From Lytechinus pictus (Eukaryota), in assembly GCF_037042905.1 (NCBI RefSeq), contig NC_087252.1, positions 3,846,001 to 3,910,000 of the forward strand: a stretch of 64,000 nucleotides of DNA. The letters run 5' to 3'. The notes beneath the pieces are model-generated. The model had not been told where the DNA came from, made no database searches, and worked only from the letters and a program-made list of their open reading frames with translations. Of the stretch, positions 38,002 through 50,488 are shown piece after piece (position 1 is the stretch's first letter; every line of letters starts with the position of its first letter). The position numbers and the translations under genes are program-made.

Positions 38002-38536
38002 TCAACAGGTATTGTGCAGTAAACAGGGCTAGTTGGATGTAATTGCTGCTGGAAGGGAAACTGATTAAAAAGAAGGTGTGCAAACACTCTGAATAAATGC
38101 CTGCCCTGTTGTTCTATCATGAAAACCCAATTGGCAGCTAACTAGGCACCATTTTCTTCAAAATACTCAAACAAATATAAAAATGCCACTTTTGCCATTG
38201 CTTTGACTTTGTATGTAATTTTGGCACTCTCCTACATTGGGGTCTTAAATGCAAGACTAGCACGCGCGTAGTAATCAGAAATACGTGTAGATCGTAGACC
38301 AAAACATAAACAGGCCAGCACCGACACCGGCACCTAGTTTATTGTTAGTAATTCTCTTTCAACATCTTCCTAAGATAGGATTTTCAGTCAAGTTAAAAGG
38401 AATAACATGGCAAGGTAAAATTTGAAGTTTTTATATGGAATTTTATAGCAATGAATGTCTGGTTACTGAAATTCATTACAGAGGGCAAAACTTACTATTA
38501 TTAATTAATGTTATTTGGCTGTAGGCCTACACAATC

Positions 38537-38920
38537 ATGGCTGATCCACATCAGGAATGGTGTTCCAAATATTCAAAACTATTGGACAGTAAGACAGAAA
38601 AGAGGGGAAATGAGCCGTCGGCATGCTGGCCATTTAAAGGGCGAACAAAAAATGGGTATGGCTTAGTGGATGTGAACATCCCAGCCCCAGGCAGCCGTAA
38701 GACCACTAGGCATGCCCATCGGCTTGTGCTGATGACAAGGGTGGCGATGACTTGGGAGGTTTCGTCTGAGCTCCATGCCTCTCACCTTTGCGGTAATGGC
38801 ATCTGTGTGAGGCCAAGCCATTTAGTGTTTGAGAGCCATGAAGAGAACAAACAGCGTCAAATTTGCCATAATTTGAAAACTTGCCAATCCCACGAGCCCC
38901 CTTGCATCATATCAGCCTGA
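38537..38920 (+). CDS. His-Me finger (I-PpoI-like zinc-binding loop) nuclease of the KolobokP-type element
   Basis: CWPFKG...GYG...AHRL...SHLCGNGICVRPSHL..ESHEENKQRQIC...C.SHEPPC matches the His-Cys box/His-Me endonuclease pattern; intact 127-aa ORF. Confidence 0.9.
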   Translation: MADPHQEWCSKYSKLLDSKTEKRGNEPSACWPFKGRTKNGYGLVDVNIPAPGSRKTTRHAHRLVLMTRVAMTWEVSSELHASHLCGNGICVRPSHLVFESHEENKQRQICHNLKTCQSHEPPCIISA

Positions 38921-39040
38921 CTTAAGTATCACTGTGACTAACTGAGACTACAGTGAGTTTATTAACTAATTTTAGGGAAATTAGGCATAGAGGTCTGGGC
39001 CTAGACTACATAATTATTAAACAAATAAAGTGATCCAAAG

Positions 39041-41066
39041 TCAAGATCTAGTTTCCCCTTTATCGCAGATCTTTCTGTCATAGGAGTGATCACTTTGAAT
39101 AGATATGTGAGTGTTTTCTAATTGTCCCTTCACATAAGAGTGGAAATTGCTGTCATCTTTCCACCTTTTTACCTTTTGATACAGTTTGTATTTATACTCC
39201 CTATGTGTAGCTTTGGACTTAATTGCTGTCATCTTTTTACTTCTCTTTCTCCAGTAGTCCCTTCTCTGCTGCAGATGCAAGAGCTTGTGTCGAAGTCTTG
39301 ATCCCCCTTTCACTGGAACCTGGGCAGCTAAGGCCTTGTCAAGGATCGATGCGGGGCCCCCGTTGGTAAGTTGTATTGCAGAATGCTCTCTGTTTGCTTG
39401 ATTTCTGACATAGGTAGTGGAATGCTTTGGGTAGGTTACTCTGAAAGCAGAATTCATTGACTCTGCCTTTTGTGTTGACAAATTAAACCGTGTTCTCCTG
39501 AGGGTTTGAGTGGACAGTCTTTGACGTATTGTTCCCAAAATTTGTTGCTGATCTCTCATATTAAGCGTTATCCGCTGTCTAAACTCCAGAGGTAAAAAGG
39601 GAAATTTGAACCCTCCGTTACATGCTAGGCTCTGGTTCCAGCACAGTTCATGATTTCCAGTATAACACAAAATCATTGCCTCCCCACATCTTTGCAACTG
39701 TTCTTTGTATACTAAAATGTCCCCTGATTGATTATGTGCTGAATTTAATTCAGCTTGAACCCTGTAAGCAATGTCGCCTGCCATTGCTCTCTGCTGCTTG
39801 TCTCTCAGTCTTGAAGTTTTACCTGGGAAAGTATTTTTGCTTAGAGTAAGTCTTTCCAATTTTTTACACAGAGACCGCTTCAGGTGATTGACACAAAGGT
39901 ATGATGTTGGATCTACACCAGCTGCGCTCTTCATGACTTCTTGGACTCCCCTGTGAAAGTGTCCATCACTATCGCTAACAACACCTTTGACAAGTAGCTG
40001 CGTTTCATCTCCAGTAAGTAATTTTTGTGCACATTTTTGTCCACCAAGCATTTCGTCCCCTATGTTATCACTCATCTTTATTGTGGCTGTACACTTAGGA
40101 TGGTTAGGGCAGGCAGGTTCTTTTCCTTGACCAACTAATCTCTGGCCTACTCTACAAAGTTTGTTTGTTGAATTGTAAGTTACAATGTACTTCTCCGGGG
40201 TCACATTTTCTGTCACAACATCACGAGCTTGAGTCGCTGGTGCAAATGGTGTTCTCCCCTTTGCATGGCTGAGAGGTATGTTATATTGTCTGTCTAATAG
40301 GTGTATTTCTGTCCATCCCTCTGTACTCCAAAATGTCTTTCACCTTCCTGCGCTTTTCTGCCATATCCAATTCATTGGCAGCGGCCAAGATATCACCACA
40401 TTTGTTAGCTGTCTTTTGGAAACCGCTAAGTGATCCAGTTGGAATACTCATTGCTGTTAGAATCCTGCTTGCAGCAGCATTTGCAATACTGCTTTGGTAT
40501 AGCCCCACCTGTAGAGCCATGTTTGGTACAGCAGTTTTTCTCCCTGATTCTGTTTTATCAATCTCTCTGAAAAACTTTAGAGCGGTTGATTCAAATTTAC
40601 AAGTCCTGCACCTGAATACGACAGTAACTGCAATTCCTCTTATCTTTTCTTTTTCTTCAGGAATCATCCAGTCCATGTTTGAACACCCAGGGCTACAATG
40701 TGAATGCTGTTGGCAAGCTTCATTGATGGCCATGGTGAGCTTCTCTACATCAACAATCTGATGACCGACAGCTGAACCATCAGTGGATGTCAACATTTTT
40801 GCCAGTGGTACAGAGTCTTCTGATGTCTTTGGCCTGAGAATCATGGTTGTAGAAGAGCGACTGACAGGTTGATCATGCTTGTGAAGAAAGTTGCCACGCT
40901 CATCACGGGACATTGTGCGGTCCAAGTCCTCTCTTGTTAGACGTACATATTTGGTCTTGAGAATACTGTTGGAATTACCAGCTTCCCACTTCAGCCCCTT
41001 ATTCCATGCTCTATGGCCAGGTACAAAAAGGTTCTTTCGCTTGTCAGATAGTTTCTTGGGGCCCAT
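39041..41066 (-). pseudogene. Kolobok-family DDE transposase, frameshifted near 40295
   Basis: MGPKK start at 41066; FVPGHRAWNKG motif; H..C/CxxC zinc cluster. After the shift the frame reads DRQYNIPLSHAKGRTPFAPATQA and joins ORF 39041-40216 with VVSDSD, CVNH and TQKAESMN (putative D, D, CxxH, E). Confidence 0.85.
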
Positions 41067-41974
41067 TGTGACTGCTTTTGGTTTGGCAGGGAAAGTTTTC
41101 ACTTGTATTTATACACTTTTCTACTGTGCATCCTCCCCCCCCCCCTCCTCCCCACAATAGGGAGAAGAAAAAAAAATCACAATTATGTCATGATTTCCTC
41201 CCTATTTTACAGGGAAATCATTTTCTTTTTAACCCAGAAGGGCAGCAGTGACGTATTTTGTAGCCAGAATTCCATGAGTACTTCCATGTCCTTCACCTAG
41301 TTTACATTACACAATTGTTATGGTGACAGATTCATATTCCACACTGGCCAGCAATAAATGTCCCTTTAGTATACTACTGAATCAATACTCTGGATCATGA
41401 TAATAATCACAATGTATTCAGCTATCATTCTCTGTCATTTGGCTCTTCTCAATAACCCCCTCCCCCTCTCTCTCTCTCTCTCTCTCCCCCCCCCCCCTCT
41501 CTCCCTTTCCTCCTTCCATTTTTCATCCCTTTCTGTCAACATGTCACTCATTTTCTCTGCCTTCTGTAAAACTATGAATGTTATTACACACAAGGCACTT
41601 AGATTTGCTTTTTCTTTTGTTTTTATTGTTTTTTCTCTTGAATTGTGATATTAATTTCAAGTGATAATGACTTGGAAAAATGAATCAAGTACTATTAAAA
41701 CACATTTACAACATTTCAAAGGTGATGATTATCATTAAATTTCAATTCATGAACATGGATTGAGCTTAAACATTACAAAATTTTCTTATAGGTGCATTGT
41801 TTCAACATTGTGTATTCTGTCTGTATTATAACCCTGGAGAGACAATGTTTATTCCCTGATCAGAAGAGAACGGGGTCTCCAAAAAAAAAAAAAAATTAAC
41901 ATTATGCATATGATACCCTAAGGTTGTGCCAAAAAAAAAAATTCCCAAGTTCAGTAAGAATCGCACCCTCTGAA

Positions 41975-42320
41975 GGGCGCACACCACTAATAGGATCCGG
42001 CAATTTCGGGAATCCCCTTTAGACCCGTACCTAAAATGACGTAATGGTTGGAAAAATATTCATATAAAAGCAACGGTGCATATCTCAGCAATTTTTTTCA
42101 TATGGGCATAGAGAGGGATTACTACTGGATCTGTTCAGTCCCATGGGAGAGCAGTAATTTGTCAATGCTAGATTTTATGGGACCTTAATTAGTTGCCCAA
42201 GAAACCCTGTGAGCACTGTGACTGCAACCAAGTTTGCACGTAGTCTTGGTTTGAGCCCCTGTAGCGCGAAAAAATATTGAAAAACACCCTTTCATATCTT
42301 TAGCATTTGAAGGATATTGG
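41975..42320 (+). repeat. Right LDR, 5' part (346 bp)
   Basis: Copy of 37536-37881, interrupted after ATATTGG. Confidence 0.95.
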
Positions 42321-44919
42321 TAGGGATCCCAAAACGAAAATCTAATTTTTTAAATCTATGTTTAAAAGCATTGAAAAGTACCTCACCTGAATCAGCATAT
42401 TCAAAAACCCCAAGTGAATGACTTTTAGTGTTCCAAAGACATCTAAATATCTGTTAATCTGAGGCTAAAGTTGGTCCGAATTGTGACAGATTTGTGTACA
42501 AATTTAATTTTGAAATTTCGTCGACACGTATTCACAGAGCTCGGCACTGAACGAGGGATTGTGGGCGTGTCCTTTCTCGCCTCGGCGTATTGTTACGTAA
42601 ATACACAACTCGAACGAAAGTGCGTTCACCGTCCCAGTTAGTCTCGGATCCGAGCTTATCCAAATAAACAATGATTAAATAACAACAAAAAATAGAAAGA
42701 AGAGAAAAGAGAAAATAAATGGCTCAAATGCAGTCGTTTGGTGACAGATAGTATGCTGTGACCTCTTGCTGATATAAGGATTAGATATGACAAGTTTTAT
42801 GCCATGATAACTAAAGCATGGGGGTGGGGGCACTCTGACTTTCAAAATAATTAATTCTTTAAACATCTATATCTAGGCAAGGGAGGGTCCAGGATTTTCC
42901 AAAGGGGGGGGGGCACTATTAGCGGCGGCAGTCAAAAAATTTAGGGGGGCACCAAAATCTTTGACAAAAAAAGGTTATCAAAGGGGGGGGGGACCGAAAA
43001 AAAAAATTAGCAAAAAAAGGGTAACAACGTCCCCCCATAGGCAGCGGGGGGGGGTCGTGTCCCCCCTAAATTTGAGGTGGGGGGACAATCGCCCCCCCCC
43101 TAATTTTTTTGTTGATAACCTTTTTTTTTTGCTTGACAATTTTTTTTCCTGCGTGCCCCCTAAATTCCAGTGGACCCCCCCCCCTAAAAATTTCATGTGG
43201 TCTCCCCTAAAATTTGGGTTGATAAACTTTTTTTTTGGTGGGGGGCCTATGGAGGGCATATTTTCCCGATGCAAATTTGATAAGCATTACAAAATGTTTT
43301 TACAAAAAATTCAAAGTCATTTCGTCCCTAAAAATTTACAAGCAAAAAAATTGGGCCTATATATATATATATATATATCCTCACTTTCAAGGGGGCATGC
43401 TTGGGTAAAAAGGGCATGCTAATGTTACAAATTACAATTTTGGCTCTCGATAATTATGCCCCATGGATCCACCAGTAATCTAAGGGGAATTTTTTGTTTT
43501 TAGTTTTGATATGGCTACCTTCTCGGAGGGCGTCCTCGCCGCGGTAGCTGGATAGTGCTGCAAAAGAGTAGGCCTTATACATCTTTTGCAGCATTAACTG
43601 ACACTCCGAGACTTATAATTTAACCTTATACTTAAAAATGAATAATACAAAATAAAACATAACACTTGTTTTTAGAGAAAGTTGATGTCAAAATATATTC
43701 AGTCTGGGGCATGAAGACTTGGAACTCTGCCCCATATCATTGTACTTGCCTCGCTCGATTTGTATCATAATTTTTTTTTAAATGTTTCCACAATAAAATA
43801 TAGATCTAAGTACAATGGCCAGAAATAATAGTACGAATAAACTAGCAGAATTTGTATCATATCACCCATATTATTGAACGCCAATAAAGGCAGTTTCTAA
43901 AACTTGTTTGCTTTATCCCACTTTTCCACTAAGATCTATCCCTTTTGCGTGTCATATAAAAGCAATTTTGTGCGCAGATCTAGCGTAACGGTGGGACCAC
44001 ATGCAGTCATTAATAGGTCTCTTTAATTTTTTTTCAACATATGATGTCTCATGCTTTCTTTAAAATTAATAAATTAGAATCCTTGTATATGGCCCTGAGA
44101 AGTGGGGTGCTCGGGTTGTTACCCCCAAGATTTTTTTTTTTTTTTGCTGGTGGTGCGTTTTTTGTACACGTACGGCAGGGGGAGTGGAGCGAAGTTGGGG
44201 GAACAGAAAATAAGGGGCACTTTTTAGTGCTTTTAGAAGTGGGGCATTGAGCCCTCGCCTATCCCCTGGATCGCCGCCCCTGCACCAGAGGCAGCACCCC
44301 CTGGAAATCAGTTTAGTATGATATTCGACCAAAATCAACTTATCTTTAGAGAGATAATCTCTTTCTTTTGGCTTTTTTTTCAAAGCCAGCAACCCCTCTT
44401 TAAAAGATTTCTTTTCGGGCAATCCTCATGATTATCTCAAAAATTTGAACATTTTTCCTTCAAAGCATCTTTATAGTGACGGATGGTATAATCATATTAC
44501 TAGCAGTGGCGGTATGGCCAACCCCCCCCCCTCCCAGTTTTTTTTTTTTCAAGTAGTTTAAAACAGGAAGAAGAATTACATAGATTTTTGTACCGAATTA
44601 TTTTCATTAATGATTTTATTGGTAAAAATACCCCCCCCAAAAAAAAAAATTAAAAAAAAAAATCAATTTTTCATGTTTAACCCCACTTTCAAAACTATTC
44701 CTCGGTTCCTGGAAGAATGGAGAGATGGATGGAAGGAGAGAAATAAATAGGATGAAGGGTGGATCCAGCTTTCGCCAAGGGGGGGGGGGTTTCTTTCACC
44801 CATATTTTTCCCCAATCGGCCGCGCGAAGATGATTTATGTTTGTTTCTTTGAATAAAATGTCACTTCTTAGCTTTTGTCTTATAAATCAACATAAATATA
44901 TAATATCATAACTCTTTTT

Positions 44920-47450
44920 TATATAATGCGAGCGCAAAGCGCGAGCTAATTTATCATTAAAAAATATGTGTTTTTTCCCCAAAGTTTGAAATTTCTGGGC
45001 AATGTTTATCATGAAAAAGATGTGTATGCAACTAAATAATTACTAAGAACGCGAAGCGCGAGCAGAATTGAAATAATAGGCACTTTTTGTAACTTAAACA
45101 GGATAGGTATATAACTTAGCAATTGATGCGAAGCGCGAGCACAAAATTGGAAGATTTAGACCTAAAAACAAGACATGTCTATTCATGTATTTTAAATCAT
45201 GCATGGAAAGGATATCAAATTTCCGATCTTGGTTAAAGCGCGAGCATAAGATTTTTGTTTACGTTTTCAACTGATCAAAAAGGTACCTGTTAAGGACTGC
45301 TTATTTCACTTAGCCATGGGGAGACGTTACATATTTCAACAATAAAATCATGCAAGCGCGAGCCGATTTTTTTTGGGGGACACTTCTACATAAAGAATGG
45401 AAAATTTAAATCAATTGTAACCATGAACAGGATCGTCGCTATAAAACAATTAATGCGAGCGCGAAGAGCGAGCGGAAAAAAAAATCGAGATTTAGACCTA
45501 AAAATGGGACACTCTATTCATGTTTTATATATCATGAAAAGGATGAGATAAGAAAGAAGTAGTAGTGCATGGGCGGTATCGCCAATAGGGGGGGGGGGGG
45601 GTGCCAATTCGTCTACGGCAAACTCGTCCACTCACTACATGGTCTATTTTCATTAAGTCTAATGCCAATCTGTCCATCAACATTTCGTCTAACAGCCATT
45701 GGTCCATTAACCATTTGGTCCAATCATCACTTCTTCTAATAACCATCTCGTCTATGACCATTTAGTCACATAACCGGTTGGTCTAATAGCCATTTTATTT
45801 TCATAACATTTATAGTCCAATTAGATGAAATGGTATATGGACCAAATGGCTTTTGGGTCCACTGGTCATTAGACGAAATGGCATTATACTAAATGAAAAA
45901 AAAAGACTATGTGGTGAGTTGACGAACTGATGGACCAAACGATAGTAGACGAGTTGGCAATTAAACAAATTAGAAATAAACCGGGGAAGGGGCCGAAAAA
46001 TATTTGCTCTGCTCAAAGTTAATAGGGGTAGTCCTAACAGTCACTTCTTTATTCTCATTAAACAGCATACACAAAACACAATATATAATAATCTCATAGC
46101 CCCTATAGTGCGAGTGAGAAGCGCGAGCTAAAATATCTTTGAAATTTCATGTTTTTTATCCTCAAAATTGAACATTCTGGGCAATGTTTGTGAACTTGAA
46201 CAATATGCGTATTTTAATAAAATTTCTGCGAGCGCGAAGGAGGAGCAAAAAAAGAAAGAAAAGGGAGAAATATACATTCTGGTCTGATCGAAAAGGGACT
46301 TGCTAATGGCGGTTTACAGTTCAATCAAAATAATGCGAGCGCAAAGCGAGCTAAAAATGTTTGAAATTCTGACCATAAAAATGGACATTCCAAGCACTTT
46401 GTGTATGAACAGAACAGAATAGGGCCTAAGTAATATTTTAGGTACAAAGTGGGAGCACGAAGCGTGAGCGGATAAAAATTGAGATATATAGACCTAAAAA
46501 AGGAACACTATTTTATATTCATGTTTTCTAAATCGTGAAAAGGATGGGTACTTGGTTACACCTTTACTTGTATAATGCAAGCGCGAGAAGAAAATTTTTG
46601 ATATTCTAATCTGAAGCGAGATAATTTAAGCATGCTGTTTTCAATACAGGATAAGCAGCCCGTCTCAATAAACATGCATGTTCTAGAATTTGCGCATTCT
46701 TAATACACTTTTTATCACGGAAATCAATAATGCGAGCGCGAAGCGCGAACTGAAAATATTGGATATTCCGATGTGAAAAGGTCAAATTAAGCACTGCACT
46801 GTGTAGGAAAATAATCATGAAGTGGACATGGATTGCTCTTAAAAATGAGGCGAATGCAAAGCATGTCGAGCTGAAGTTATTCTGGACCGTAGGACCGGGA
46901 CATTCTAAGGACATTTTTTCATCATTATGAATGACTGTCTTCCGATTCCTCTTCCCAAGCGCAAAAAGAAACATGTCGATCTTCCATTCTGAAAAAAGTG
47001 ACAACTTAATTACGGTATTAGGAATTAATGAAATGTTATCAATATCTTATTTACTAATCTAATAAGCCTAATGAGAGCGCTAAATTTGTTGATTTTAAAG
47101 TGTTAACCTCGGAGATTATAAGCACTTTTGTCATTATGAATAGGATGCATTAATTAACGTACTTAACGAAATTAATGCGAACGGCAATTGCGAGCAAATT
47201 TTTAATTTAATAAACTTATTATTAACTAAAAAAACTGTAATGAAAAGGGGAATGTGAGTACTTTGATTTATATATATTAGGTATACATGACTCACCAATT
47301 CTAGCACGTGCGCGCAATATAGCTGATAAGATATGACAATCAGACCTTAAAAGTTATATTTTGAGAAATTTATGGAATAGGGCCTACACGAAGAGGAGGT
47401 ACTCCACAAATCAAATAATGCTATAGGGCACAGCGTGAGCTAAAAATGTT
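44920..47450 (+). repeat. Diverged array of GCGAGCGCGAAGCGCGAGC-like motifs in AT-rich spacers
   Basis: About 15 variants, many 100-125 bp apart; interrupted by a short-repeat MITE at ~45570-45960. Confidence 0.75.
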
Positions 47451-49069
47451 GATACTCGGATCATAAAACAAATATTTTACAAAGCACTTTTTTATTGATT
47501 CGTTATACCTCAGTCACATTTTTTCTACGGCGGGCGTACGGCGAGTCGAAAACAGTCGTTTTAACATTTTTTTTGTACCAGCTTAATATAGGTGGTTTGA
47601 ATAAAAATGAATAAAACGGCTGTTTTCGACTCTCCGTACGGCCGCCGTAGAGCAAATGTGACCGAGGTATTAATAAAAAAGAATAATGAAATATCCTAGC
47701 TGACCGTACAGTATATGTTTTGTATTTTGACTGCAAAGCTTGAAATGTCAAGCTCATATATATCAGCCTATTGAGCAATATGTATAGCTCATCGAAAATG
47801 AGCAATGTGATGTTTTTTTTTTTAATCATCAAAGTCTCCCCTCCCTAGTTTTATTCACTTTTCTCCCTCCCTTCCCCCCTCTTCCTTTTCCCCTCTCTTT
47901 TCCTTCTGTTTCTTCTTCCTTCTCCATTTTTTTGTCTTTAATCCGCCAACAGAGGGGGGGGGGGGTGACCGGCCCCTCTGGATCCTTCTATGGTAGCGAT
48001 GGTGAAAGCATTTGAATTATTCACCTCACAGTGTTAAACTGGGAAAATAGGAAATGGCTAAATTTTGAAAATCATCAATGTGGAGCCCTATTCAAGTTTA
48101 GTTTAGTTTAATCTATATACACCTTCGACAGGGGCTGATCCAGGATTTTCCAAAGTGGGGCATTCAATACAAAAAATAAACAAGACCTAGTATACTAGAA
48201 ATTTTGCTAGGAAAAAAATCATTCCATACACAAAATTCCTGGGAAAAGTTGATAAATAAGTCCTCATCTGAGAATGAACGACAAAATCCACTAACAAATA
48301 TTTGATATATTACGGGAGGGGACACCTTTATCTTTCTCCCCTTTCCTTATTCCTCATCCATTCCATAGGCAGATCCAATTATGGGCGGCGGCACCCCCTC
48401 TTACTGGCGGTGCGAAAATTAAAAAGAAAAGTTAGATCGTGCCGTTTTGTTAAAGAAAAAAAAATCGGCTTTTAACGGCGCCGATCGGGGAAAAAAATTG
48501 TTGTCCCCCCCCCCCCATTGGAAAAAAAATTGATCTACACCGGGTACTTGTCTGTCGTACCACCCAGCATTGGCGGCGGAAGCCAAGGGGGGGGGGTCTA
48601 CCTGAAATTTTGTGATGGACACAGGTAAAAAATAATTTGACAAGCAAAAAAAAAAAAAAGGTTATCAACCTCAATTTTAGGGGGGGGCCGTCCCCCCCCC
48701 CCACCGCAAATTTAGGGGGGACCTGTCCCCCCACTTCCGCCGCCTATGCCTCCCAGTAAATGAAACAACAAAATCAACAAATCACCGTTGCACTAGTACT
48801 AAACATTTTGCGAGTCTTTATTTTTTTAATATTTTTGTTTATAATGGTATTCATTAATTATATAGTGGAGGTTCGCATCCCGAGAATGTGAAATGAAAAA
48901 AAAATGCACTGAACAGGAAACACTAAATGTTCTTTTCAATTCCAAATTTACTCAGTCATTCAAATAAAAAAATAAGCATCATTTTTTGATACCTTAACTT
49001 GTGCATCACGAGTACAATGAAGCCGACAATTCTTTGCTTTGTTTTGGATTAATCTTTGTAATATATTAT

Positions 49070-49540
49070 TAATTCACTTCAAATAAAATTCATACATAAA
49101 CAGGAAAATATCACAGAAAATAATGTAACAAATTAATTGCAGTTGTATAAAACATCATAGAAAATAACATGACAGATAAATTTTATGTCGATAGGCACAC
49201 TGTTCATTCGATCATAAAACAATCGCGCTGTTTCACTCCTTGTACACGCACAACTCTATCAGTATTGTTTCATCTTCATCTGTCCTCAATGGCAAGGACA
49301 CCAGCATAATTCATTCACTTCAAATAAAATTCATACAGAAAAATATCAAAGAAAATAAAATAAAAAATCAACTTGCAGTTGCATAAAACATGATAGAAAA
49401 AACATGGCAGATGAATTTTATCTCGACAGGCATACTGTTTCATTCGATCATGAAACGATCGCGCTTTTCCACTCATTGGACACGCGCGACTATATCAGAA
49501 TTGTTTCATCTGTCCTCAATGCGGCAAACACCAGAAGTGA
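49070..49540 (+). repeat. Diverged ~240-bp tandem duplication
   Basis: ATTCACTTCAAATAAAATTCATAC...CATCTGTCCTCAATG occurs twice (~49072 and ~49313). Confidence 0.8.
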
Positions 49541-50368
49541 TGATAAGTGCACAAGTTGCAGTTGCACGTGCGCGGAGAATGAATTAAATTCGGCGGCTGA
49601 GTAAAGTCTAGCGAGAGAGACAAGTCACCAACGAACTTCACGATAGACCACGCCTACTTGCCGAGGTAACCAACGTTGATTGACGGCCCATTTAGTTTTT
49701 TGAGTAGTATGAAAAAGTACAGGCATGTATAAACATCATTTTAGTTTGAATTCATTAAAAAAACACATTTTTCTTCTAATATAGATGTTTCAAACATATT
49801 CCATGTGGAAAACATAATTTTTTAAACATTTATTGCTATATTTTTATCATGAAAAAAGGATTTCTTACGCAACAACAAGTATGATATGTGTGGGCAAGAG
49901 AACTACCGTTTTAGCCATAAAGCATATTTTTTATGATTTTATTGTGAGCCTACTCAAAGGATTTTTGTTTATTTTTATGAATTTCCAGACCAAGTTCAAC
50001 AGCGCCGTCTCGAGCTTGCAATAACGCATGCGATCGCACGCATTTTTCTCCATAGCGAATACACGCGACGAAACTCTGTGGATTTCTCGTGGATTTAACC
50101 TCCAAACGTCACTTTCGATACCACATGAAGGTAAGACACTTCATCCCACATAAGTCAATTTAAATGTAGAAAAGACAGGGCCTAATTTTTTTCACTAAGA
50201 TGAACTAATTTGCTGAGGAAAAGCATTTCAATGCTCATTTTTGCCGTCGAGAACAGACGATGGTGGCAATGCACACTGTTTACGCACTTGCAATTGAATT
50301 GGCTTTTCATTTGCCCATAGCAATTTTGCTCAGTGGATCGGCCGACCTTTTGGTAACTCTAATATTGG

Positions 50369-50488
50369 ATACACTACCAAATGATAAAGGTGTGGATGAT
50401 GTCATTTCTAAGACTTATTTTTGGCGATTTTTTCAAATCTCATTTTTAACACATGAGTCTATGGGGAAATAGTTAGTGGTGTGTGCCC
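50369..50488 (+). repeat. Right LDR, 3' part (120 bp)
   Basis: Copy of 37882-38001, followed by the CTAA TSD. Confidence 0.95.

Larger units (their letters stand above)
42321..50361. mobile_element. 8041-bp non-autonomous insertion with 7-bp TSD and TAG...CTA termini (hAT-related candidate)
   Basis: ATATTGG duplicated at 42314-42320 and 50362-50368 but single in the left LDR; imperfect TIR TAGGGATCCCAAAA / TTTTGGTAACTCTA; interior filled with MITE fragments and no credible ORF. Confidence 0.85.
37536..50488. mobile_element. KolobokP-type DNA transposon with long terminal direct repeats (~4.9 kb without the nested insert)
   Basis: 466-bp direct repeats, each with its own 16-bp TIR; CTAA TSD at 37532-37535 and 50489-50492; convergent His-Me nuclease and DDE transposase ORFs. 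Confidence 0.9.

Noticed and set aside
42961..48734. G/P/K/F-rich ORFs within the 8-kb insert
   Set aside because: Derived from homopolymer-rich MITEs; no domain signal.
37536..50488. LTR retrotransposon interpretation of the 466-bp direct repeats
   Set aside because: No TG...CA ends, gag, RT or integrase; the repeats carry TIRs and flank a Kolobok-type transposase.
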